From: Carcharhinus amblyrhynchos
Lineage: Eukaryota
Length of the DNA stretch: 64,000 nucleotides
Direction of reading: 5' to 3'
NCBI GenBank assembly: GCA_965287045.1
Contig: OZ336885.1
Coordinates: forward strand, 61,566,001 to 61,630,000
Shown: in pieces, positions 58,101-64,000 of the stretch
Layout of the letters: each line of letters opens with the position of its first letter
How positions within the stretch are numbered: the first letter of the stretch is position 1
Position numbers and translations under genes: made by a program
Notes under the pieces: model-generated
The model's database searches: none
What the model was told of the DNA's origin: nothing
Seen by the model: the letters and a program-made list of their open reading frames with translations, nothing else

Positions 58101-61100
58101 TAGAAGCTGCGGGTTCCTTCATTGAACGAATTGCTTTTCTTTATATAATTAAAGTTCGAAATCTGGTTCCCTGATCTCAAGTCATTTCATAACTTATGGT
58201 CAATCATGCACTGTTATAGTTAGATAAACTGTCCATGTAGTATTTGGAAATCAATACTATCTATTATTTACTAAACTGGATCTGCAATGATTTTTTTTGG
58301 CATCGTCCAGCCCTGGAAGGCGGTAGAACAGAATGCTATAGCTGCCATTGTGTTATTGACAGCATATTGGCGAGTACGACACACTTGCGTATCAGGACAA
58401 GCACGTCATTAGCCCATGTGAAATTGCGATCAATAAGGTACACCAAAGTTATTGATGAATTTACGTCTCAACACATCATTAATACCTCTATGTATTTTTG
58501 CTCGCTAAGAGTTACACATTTCCCACATTTAACCACAAATTCTGTTGAAATACAGTCAATGTGTTGATCATTAAGCATTTGCATGATTCCCCTGTTTCCC
58601 TTCAAGACAAATTAGACGATATGGGGATCAATTAAAAACAGCTATCTCTCACAAAGAAAATCATTTTTATTTTCGAATTCCTGAAAGTTTCACGAAACCC
58701 TTTGCCTTTCACAACCGTTATTATTCACAGCACGTTTTCTATTGTAAATGCTGTAATTCACGTAGAACTATTCAAGTACGTTTTCTAAAACGCCCTACTT
58801 GTTATGGGTGCTTAGCTTTAACTTCACTGGAACAATGCAAGAAATTTGTGAACCAGAAAAATTCAAACGGCGGAATGAGTTTTTTTTTGCTGGACCTGGA
58901 CTTAACCGTTTGCTAAGACGTGAATGAAGAAACATTATTCCCTTCAGCGTTACCTTCAACTTTTCTGCTGTAAAGCACAAGATACTAGCTTGGGATTCAA
59001 AACGAATGTTTCTCTCCAAGGTCTTCGTGCAGAAAAGTAACTGTTCTCTGACTGTAAGATCATAAGGTGTTGATCTTACAGTCAGACGTTACAGGTTCTG
59101 CTCCAATACCTTGTTGCATTTGGTGCATTTACTGTTTGGCCATACTATCATGGCTAATAACATTCTCAACCCCTCTCTCCTTTCTTTTCCCCGTAATCTT
59201 TAGCCCCATTACCAAGCAGCAAACAGTCTACAATTGCATAAATGTGCGGGAATACCCGACATCCATTTTCTTCCGAGTTAATGAATTCCATAGTTTAACC
59301 ACCCAGAAGACATTCCTCCTCATATCGGTTCTAAAGTTTTGTCCTTTATACTGAGGCTCTGTCCTCGATTCTCGAATTTCCTACAAATGGAAGGAATTTC
59401 CGCACATCAAATCTATCCAGGAGTTTTAATATTCGTTAAGTTGCAATGCTATCCCGCCATCCTTGTAACTCTAGAGTGCTCAAACACTCCTCATACATCA
59501 AGGTTACATCAGCACATACGGGACCCAAAATTGTTCTGAATCCACCAAGTGTCGTTTTCCCAAAGCCTTATATGTCCTTCGCAGTGCATCGAGTCAGATT
59601 TTTATGTTACATTCCTCTCAAAATGAATGTCAGCACTGAACTTGCTTTCTAAACTAGGACGTTGCTCAATCTGCAAGTCACCGTTAAGAAAATACTGGAA
59701 ATTAATTTCCAAGTCACTTTGACTTTCTGATTTCTGAATTTTGTCCAGATTTGGAAGTTTTCATCTTTTCTTCTGTCAAGCAGAATAATTGGCTTTGAGA
59801 AAACAGACGTTGTCATTGTCACGAGTGCTCATCTCGGAATGTTTTTCTTACATCGTATATCATATGGATTGGGGACAACACATGTGGAAGTAGATGAAGT
59901 CAATGAAACGTCTGCAGGCTAAGTCAAGTGGCCTTAAAAATGTCACGTAAGTTTATATGTTAAGCGCTTGGGAGAGCATTCTTCCATTTCATACACCCGC
60001 TTAGATAGAACAGAACATAAATACAACGGGATCATATTTCAAAACGGCAGGGGTAAATAATGTCTTAAGTGTGATTGTCGCTCTCGATGTTCAGAAGGAT
60101 ACATTGATCTTGGAAGAATTGCAGTGCTGAGTCAAAGTTACATTATGATTTTAGTTTTCACCACGAGATTTAAAATCACTTGAGGATGTAACTTTAATAG
60201 GATAAGCAATGCAAGTTTTCAATTTAAAATATATGCCAGCTAGTTTTGTTCGAATAAAATAATTCACACTGATATGCCAAACTAAAGCACCACCAATGAA
60301 TAGAAAGGCGTTTTAACAAAAATGACGACGATTTACGTGAATACTTTAACGGCTCCTTACGTGCATTCTGTTCAGCATTTCAGCAAATAAACTGTTTCGT
60401 TCAATATCTTCACACTTTTAGTCACACTGTATTGGGAACAGTGATACGACAGAACAACACATCTTCCCTTTCTGTGTTACTGACCTGCCGCGAGGTAATT
60501 TGAATTTTAACAAGGAAAATGAAAAGTAACATGTTGAATAAATAACAATCAACTGTATTCTTTCTATTGGGGTTGTTGCTTGAATTAGATTTTTTCCTCC
60601 ACTCATGAAACTTTCCTCGTTCTCACCGACATAATGCCATGGAATCAATTCCGTAACGTAAGTGATTGGATTAACAGGAAGACATATCAGTATTATGTTC
60701 CGTCATGTGCCAATTTCACATATGGACTCTACATCTCACGCGGATTTCATCTTGGTAGATATTTACACTTGCATATTTTTAATAAATTTTACAATCAGGT
60801 ACATCACACTTAAATTTGACATTTGGTGCGGACCATTCATGAAGACACATTTACCCAACTCTTCCCTTTCTCCGCACTGTTAACATTTACATTTATAGAA
60901 ATGCAATGATTGCCAAAAGTGAATCTCAGTTACTAGCCTATTGAATCTGTTTGTATATGAAGTACTTGTTTGTCACAAATCAGGTTAAATTTCAAAACTA
61001 GGTTAAAATCAGGTTAAATTTCAAACTAGCACTAAACTAGCACTAAATATAAAAAAGGACAGTGAGAGTTTTATAAATATGTAAAAAGGAGGAGGCTGGC

Positions 61101-63132
61101 TAGAGTGAATGTTGGACCCTTAGAGGACGAGAGGGGGGATTTAGTGATGGGGGATGAGGGAATGGCTGAGGCCTTAATTTTTTTTTGCCTCGGTCTTCAC
61201 GGAGGAGGACACAAATAGTTTGCCGGGTTCTAAAGATAGAAGGATGGTAGGGTTTGAGGGCCTGAATGCGATACTGTCACTGGAGAGGTAGTGCTTGATC
61301 GACTAGCGGGACTGATGGTGGACAAGTCCCCAGGACTGGATGGAATGCATCCCAGCGTTCTGAAGGAAAAGGCAGAGGTGATAGTAGATGCCTTAGTGAT
61401 TACGTACCAAACTTCGCTGGATTCTGGGGAAGTGCCGGAAGATTGGAAAACGGCTAATGTTACGCCATTGTTTAAAGAAAGGCAGCAGGAAAAAAGGCAG
61501 GGAGTTATGGGCCGGTTAGCTTAACGACTGTTGTTGGAAAAATGCTTACATCCGTCATCAAAGAAGAAATAGCGAGGCACCTTGAGAAGAATTGTTTGAT
61601 CGAGCAGACGCAGCACGGATTTGTTAAGGGGAAGTCGTATGTGACAAATTTATTGGAATTCTATGAGGATGTGACTAGTGCGGTAGACAGAGGCGAACCG
61701 GTGGATGTGGTGTTTCTCGATTTTCAGAAGCTGTTTGATAAGGTGCCGCACAAAAGGTTGCTTCAGAAGGTTAGGGGGCATGGAGTTGGGCGTAATGCGT
61801 TATCGTGGATAAAGGATTGGTTGTCTAATAGGAGGCAGAGAGTTGGTGTCAATGGGTGCTATTCTGCTTGGCGGTTAGTGACTGGTGGAGTGCCCCAGGG
61901 ATCGGTGCTGTGGCCTCAAATATTTACCTACTATATCGATGATCTGGAGTAGGGGGCTGATTGTAGGATGTCGAAATTTGCTGATGACACGAAGATAGGT
62001 GGAAAAGCAAATTGTGCGGAGGGTATGTAAAGTCTGCAGAGGGATCTAGATAGGCTGAGCGAGTGGGCGAGGATCTGGCAGATGGAGTACAATGTTAGCA
62101 AGTGTGAGGTTATCCACTTTGGCAGGAAGAATATTCGGAGGGATTACTATTTAAAGGGCGAAAAGCTGCAGCATGCTACGGTGCAGAGTGACCTGGGGAT
62201 CCTTGTGCATGCGTCGCAAAAACCCAGTCTGCAGTTGCAGCAGGTGATCAAGAGGGCGAAGGGGATGCCGGCCTTTATAGCGAGGGGGATAGAATATAAA
62301 AACAGGGAGGTCTTGCTGCGACTGTACAGGGCACTGGTGAGGCTGCAGCTGGAGTACTGTGTGCAGTTTTGGTCGCCGCACATGGCAAGGATATTTTGGC
62401 CTTGGAGGGAGTGAAGAGGAGGTTCACCAGGCTGATACCGGAGATGAGGGGGTTGGACTATGAAGAGAGGCTGAATAGACTGGGTCTGTTCTTGTTGGTG
62501 TTTAGAAGGTTGAGGGGGGATCTTATAGAGACGTATAAGATAATGAAGGTAATGGATAGGGTAGACGAAGAGCGATTCTTCCCGCTCAGAAAGGACAGCA
62601 GGACTCGAGGGCACAGCCTCAAGATAAGGGGGGGGGGGGGGCAGTTTAGAACGGAATTGAGGAGGAACTTCTTCACTCAAAGGGTGGTGAATCTTTGGAA
62701 TTCTCTGCCCGTTGAAGTGATGGAGTGTACCTCGCTAAATATATTTAAGACACAGGTAGATAGGTTTTTGGTAGGCAAGGGAATTAAGGGTTATGGGGAG
62801 AAAGCGGGAAAGTGGAACTGAGCAACTTCAGATCAGCCATGATCTTACTGAATGGCGGGGCAGGCTCGAAGGGCTAGATGGCCTACTCCTGCTCCTACTT
62901 CTTATGTTCTTATGTTCAAAAGAAGTCCAAGTAATGTGTTTTTCTGAAGAACTTGAAGGAAAACAAGTTTCTTAAACACATGGCATAAATCCTTCTCCAT
63001 TGAAAAAAATCTCTGCAAATTCTGCGGTATAACACTCCTGAAATATAATCAGTTACATTAGCAACATTCACTTTCCAGCGCATGCTTTGTGCTTACCTTG
63101 CTCATTCGAAGCTTTCACGACACTGTCAAGTT
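7833..63132 (-). CDS. Partial multi-microexon gene: 21 intact 36/27-nt exons encoding ~222 aa of Cys-containing coiled-coil repeat; 5' part outside the window
   Basis: All 21 exons have an AG acceptor, a GT donor and phase 1/1. Joined translation is stop-free: (E)LDSVVKASNEQ EFMACKKDLKDL EDKLKSKEE ELIECKKDLKDL EETLSATRK EQNSCKQQLKDL EEKLKSKEE EHIECKNNLKDL EEKLKATQK ELIACKKTLKDL EEKLKSKEE ERIECEKDFKDL EEKIMLKEE KLQICKRALEDF AEKLKENEK ERTTRKKSLKDL EEKLEAKEK EFKICMLFSKDN EEKKKSTEE ELIECKKDLKYL GDELKSKLA. Exon joining is inferred; there is no RNA evidence. Confidence 0.85.
8310..11720 (+). mobile_element. Long decayed CR1 LINE (ORF1 SGNH-esterase part, ORF2, 3' tail)
   Basis: ORF1-like VIVHIGSNDV...WCSRQGFRFLDHW; ORF2 CYRPPN, KVDKSPGP, CLTNLIEFFE, YINDLD..FADDTKI; tail tatgactctaggaatctatgac. 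Confidence 0.95.
11806..11841 (-). CDS. 36-nt microexon (E)LIECKKDLKYL
   Basis: acaatacag|AGCTCATCGAATGCAAAAAAGATTTGAAATATTTAG|gtgagc. Confidence 0.88.
13090..13170 (+). mobile_element. V-SINE core fragment
   Basis: gtgtctggagtttgcacattcc...tttgcatgtgttcctc, similar to the SINE at 17.7 kb. Confidence 0.55.
13438..13464 (-). CDS. 27-nt microexon (E)EKKKSTEE
   Basis: cgcgaacag|AAGAGAAAAAGAAATCCACGGAAGAAG|gtaatt; poor pyrimidine tract. Confidence 0.78.
15053..15088 (-). CDS. 36-nt microexon (E)FKICMLFSKDN
   Basis: tgcacccacag|AATTCAAAATATGCATGCTGTTTTCAAAGGATAATG|gtaagt. Confidence 0.82.
17364..17390 (-). CDS. 27-nt microexon (E)EKLEAKEK
   Basis: gatgtgcag|AGGAAAAGCTAGAAGCAAAAGAAAAAG|gtattt. 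Confidence 0.85.
17615..17940 (+). mobile_element. HE1-like tRNA-derived V-SINE
   Basis: tRNA-like head gtggcacactggttagcaccgctgcctcacag, core tttcctccgggagctccggtttcttcccac, CR1-type tail ggccaaatgaccttcttctgcactgtagg. Confidence 0.85.
18035..18070 (-). CDS. 36-nt microexon (E)RTTRKKSLKDL
   Basis: ctcattgcag|AACGAACGACACGGAAAAAATCTCTAAAAGATTTAG|gtaaga; the Cys position is Arg here. Confidence 0.85.
18810..19470 (-). mobile_element. Solo LTR (~660 bp)
   Basis: Termini tattag...ataaca (degenerate TG..CA inverted ends); 4-bp direct flank CAGG at 18806-18809 and 19471-19474; minus-strand AATAAA at 18873-18878. Confidence 0.7.
20265..20600 (-). mobile_element. Deu-type (tRNA-head) SINE remnant
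   Basis: aattcaaattccacca..gccgtgg head and gtgggtgttgctggcttagcattcattgctcattcctag tail; related tails at ~36045, ~49355, ~56580; family assignment from recalled consensus. Confidence 0.55.
20874..20900 (-). CDS. 27-nt microexon (A)EKLKENEK
   Basis: tgttctgcag|CAGAAAAGCTAAAAGAAAACGAAAAGG|gtatta; tandem CAGCAG acceptor. Confidence 0.82.
21264..21299 (-). CDS. 36-nt microexon (K/E)LQICKRALEDF
   Basis: cctcacccaag|AGCTCCAAATATGCAAAAGAGCTTTGGAAGATTTTG|gtgaga; the AAG acceptor is weaker. Confidence 0.8.
22510..24310 (+). mobile_element. Decayed CR1 RT/3' portion, interrupted at 23455-23668
   Basis: KAFDKIPHGRLL, YINDLD, KFVDDRKVG, LNADKCKVMHFG, RPYLEYC, LERVQNRFTK. Confidence 0.93.
23455..23668. 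mobile_element. Palindromic non-autonomous element with two decayed hammerhead-like cores and a 13-bp TSD
   Basis: aggacttactcag (23442-23454) and aggatttactcag (23669-23681); central inverted repeat ttcgagtccagatga...tcatctagactcgaa. Confidence 0.75.
25477..25511 (-). pseudogene. 36-nt-class exon that is only 35 nt, (x)FSECKKALKK
   Basis: tgatttaag|AGTTCTCAGAATGCAAAAAAGCTTTGAAAAAAAAG|gtgaga; one base short, with the likely loss inside an A8 run. Confidence 0.75.
25790..28600 (+). mobile_element. Decayed CR1 ORF2
   Basis: FFASVFTVED, ISPGPD, KILESITK, YLDFQK, GWQPLTSGV, DFIETYRML; tail ctaatcctgctcctatg. Confidence 0.92.
27643..27920 (-). mobile_element. Younger CR1 3' fragment nested antisense in the older CR1
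   Basis: cataagaacataagaaataggagcaggagtaggcc is close to the reverse complement of the tail at 62880-62915. Confidence 0.9.
29188..29214 (-). CDS. 27-nt microexon (E)EKIMLKEE
   Basis: ctcttttacag|AAGAAAAGATCATGTTGAAGGAAGAGA|gtaagt. Confidence 0.88.
29497..29830 (-). mobile_element. Penelope-like element terminal region with a minimal hammerhead-like core
   Basis: Minus strand CTGACGA-AAGGGCAGCGCTCC-GAAAGCTA at 29584-29612; cacaacaccaggttaaag terminus. Confidence 0.65.
29850..30022 (+). mobile_element. CR1 3' tail fragment
   Basis: gggccaaagggtctgtactgtgttgtattctactgttctatgttcta. Confidence 0.7.
32286..32321 (-). CDS. 36-nt microexon (E)RIECEKDFKDL
   Basis: ttcgcactccag|AGCGCATCGAATGCGAAAAGGACTTCAAAGATTTAG|gtgagt. 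Confidence 0.9.
   Translation of the reverse strand, partial: SASNAKRTSKI
34032..34058 (-). CDS. 27-nt microexon (E)EKLKSKEE
   Basis: gatttgacag|AAGAGAAATTGAAATCAAAGGAAGAAG|gtaacc. Confidence 0.88.
34829..34864 (-). CDS. 36-nt microexon (E)LIACKKTLKDL
   Basis: cccatttcag|AGCTCATCGCTTGCAAAAAAACATTGAAAGACTTGG|gtgagt. Confidence 0.9.
38438..38464 (-). CDS. 27-nt microexon (E)EKLKATQK
   Basis: tgccttacag|AAGAAAAGTTGAAGGCAACGCAAAAGG|gtatga. Confidence 0.85.
38550..39460 (-). mobile_element. Decayed CR1 3' portion shared by the duplicated units (paralogues 50717-51270 and 59053-59755)
   Basis: Tail cataagaccataag; the paralogue translates RVVNLWNSLPQKAME. Confidence 0.85.
41715..41895 (-). mobile_element. 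CR1 3' tail fragment inserted in the ERV
   Basis: cataagaaataggagcaggagtagg...aagatcatggctgatctg, same family as 27643-27920. Confidence 0.85.
41940..42330 (-). pseudogene. env: Gamma-type retroviral Env TM remnant
   Basis: LQNR/ALDYLQSESGGACILVGIECC (immunosuppressive domain plus CX6CC, frameshifted), then hydrophobic MLVHLGIIVLVVLIILL. Confidence 0.85.
42850..43260 (-). pseudogene. Probable Gag N-terminal remnant
   Basis: Located after the leader; WLLRGTWD resembles a matrix W-P-x-x-G-T motif; purine-rich and disrupted. Confidence 0.4.
43740..43757 (-). promoter_or_regulatory. Primer-binding site, tRNA-Ser-like
   Basis: TGGTGCTGCGAGCAGGGT right after the 5' LTR; close to the complement of the vertebrate tRNA-Ser(TGA) 3' end as recalled (TGGCGCAGCGAGCAGGGT). 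Confidence 0.7.
45491..45526 (-). CDS. 36-nt microexon (E)HIECKNNLKDL
   Basis: ttcactctccag|AGCACATCGAATGCAAAAACAATTTGAAAGATTTAG|gtgaga. Confidence 0.9.
47371..47397 (-). CDS. 27-nt microexon (E)EKLKSKEE
   Basis: gtttacacag|AAGAGAAATTGAAATCGAAGGAAGAAG|gtaatt. Confidence 0.9.
48136..48171 (-). CDS. 36-nt microexon (E)QNSCKQQLKDL
   Basis: ctcattccag|AGCAAAACTCATGCAAACAACAGTTGAAAGATTTGG|gtaagg. Confidence 0.88.
49097..49152 (+). repeat. (CA)n microsatellite
   Basis: Directly visible; present in copy B only. Confidence 0.97.
50608..50634 (-). CDS. 27-nt microexon (E)ETLSATRK
   Basis: tgctttacag|AAGAAACGTTGTCGGCAACGCGAAAGG|gtatga. Confidence 0.8.
52761..52796 (-). CDS. 36-nt microexon (E)LIECKKDLKDL
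   Basis: ttcacactccag|AGCTCATCGAATGCAAAAAGGATTTGAAAGATTTAG|gtgagt. Confidence 0.9.
54626..54652 (-). CDS. 27-nt microexon (E)DKLKSKEE
   Basis: gttttcacag|AAGATAAATTGAAATCGAAAGAAGAAG|gtaatt. Confidence 0.9.
55396..55431 (-). CDS. 36-nt microexon (E)FMACKKDLKDL
   Basis: cccattccag|AGTTCATGGCATGTAAAAAAGATTTGAAAGATTTGG|gtgagt. Confidence 0.9.
58941..58967 (-). pseudogene. 27-nt-class exon with a dead donor, (A)EKLKVTLK
   Basis: Positional paralogue of 38438-38464 and 50608-50634; acceptor intact; donor reads G|gaataa instead of G|gtatga. Confidence 0.75.
59746..59772 (-). pseudogene. 27-nt-class exon truncated by a CR1 junction, (E)EKMK...
   Basis: tgcttgacag|AAGAAAAGATGAAAA then runs into CR1-derived sequence; no GT at +27. 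Confidence 0.55.
61040..62916 (+). mobile_element. Relatively young 5'-truncated CR1 (RT plus 3' tail)
   Basis: VDKSPGLDG, VPEDWKTANVTPLFK, QHGFVKGKS, LDFQKLFDKVPH, GVPQGSVL, FADDTKIGG, RRLRGDLIETYK; tail cttatgttcttatgttc; only a few stops and frameshifts. Confidence 0.97.
63097..63132 (-). CDS. 36-nt microexon (E)LDSVVKASNEQ
   Basis: ttgcttacag|AACTTGACAGTGTCGTGAAAGCTTCGAATGAGCAAG|gtaagc; divergent member, same length and phase. Confidence 0.75.
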
Positions 63133-63164
63133 CTGTAAGCAATTAGGACACAGCAGTTTGCAGT

Positions 63165-64000
63165 TATAGATTCATAGATCTTCATAGCATGGAACAAGGC
63201 CCTTTGGCCCAAAATGTCCAAGTTGCACCTTTATTTTCCACTAATAAGCTTATCCCATTGCCCAGGTTTGGCCCAGAGCCTCGATAGCCATCTTAGCCAT
63301 GTAACTGTCTAAACTTTTTCTTTAAAAATAAAATTGTACACAAGTCAACTACTACCTGTGGTAGTTGGTTCCGGATGCTCACCAGCCTCTGTGCGAAAAA
63401 GAACGAATGTCCCTCCGGACCCATTTCTCTCTCTCGCCTCTCAATTTAAGCCTATGTCTTCGAGTTTTAGACTCCCCCACCTAATAGAATATATCTTGAG
63501 AATCTAGCTGACGTATGTCCCTCATTTGTTTTAGACAGCTATAGCATAACCTCTAAAATCCCTGTGCTACAGAGAAAACAAAAGTTGAACTCGATCCAGT
63601 CTCTTCATAGAACTCAAATCATCAATTTCTGGAAACATCCACTTGACTATGTACATATACTGCAACATTTGTATTTTAATAAGATCCTTTCTATATTAAA
63701 AAAGGCCCAAACTGTACACAATATCCGAAGTGTGGCCTTATTAAAATATTGCAAAACGTCAACAAGACGTCCCAACTCCTACATTCAATAATCTCACCGA
63801 TTAAACCAAGCACCCCACATGCCTTTTTCACCACTCAGTCCATCTTAGAATCCAGTTTCAAGGAGCAAGGAACCTGTACCTCTGGATGTCTTTGTTCTGT
63901 AGCTCTCCTCAACAATCTATTATAAACGGTGTAAGCCGTGCGCTGATTTAATCGACAAAAATGCATCATCTCGCATTTAACTAAAATAAGCTTCATCTGT
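63165..64000 (-). mobile_element. Decayed CR1 3' portion
   Basis: atagattcatagatcttcatagcatggaacaaggccctttggccc resembles the reverse complement of the tail at 11660-11720. Confidence 0.85.

Larger units (their letters stand above)
51285..59755. repeat. Segmental duplication copy C
   Basis: Collinear with A and B from cttcaccagcac (~51295) to the CR1 remnant ending near 59755. Confidence 0.9.

Noticed and set aside
1-64000. Ig/TCR recombination signal sequences, snoRNA/miRNA host-gene model, CRISPR array, rRNA or intact tRNA genes
   Set aside because: The CACAGTG hits checked (~6530, ~30112) lack a spaced nonamer; no repeated intronic C/D-box or hairpin unit was found by eye; no repeat-spacer array; tRNA-like sequence occurs only as SINE heads and the PBS.

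Overview
AT-rich vertebrate DNA. The repeat content (CR1 LINEs, an HE1/V-SINE, a Deu-type SINE, Penelope-type termini) points to a shark or other elasmobranch. No long intact protein-coding ORF is present: the ORF track is almost entirely decayed CR1 fragments and chance ORFs. The main signal is invisible in that track. The minus strand carries at least 21 intact phase-1/phase-1 microexons across 7.8-63.1 kb, alternating 36 nt and 27 nt with canonical AG/GT ends. They splice into a 666-nt stop-free frame encoding a 21-residue, three-heptad coiled-coil repeat (consensus E-L-I-E-C-K-K-D-L-K-D-L-E-E-K-L-K-S-K-E-E) with Cys at every third 'd' position. The array grew by tandem segmental duplication: three ~8-9 kb copies at about 30-60 kb each add four microexons (42 aa). 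Decayed members flank and interrupt the array. The 5' part of the gene lies outside the window, so its identity (BG/butyrophilin-like tail, CD23-like stalk, or something new) cannot be settled here. The introns hold several CR1 copies, an internally deleted ERV with a tRNA-Ser PBS, a solo LTR, SINEs and palindromic Penelope-derived elements with hammerhead-like cores. Microexon coordinates were counted by hand; transposon boundaries are approximate.
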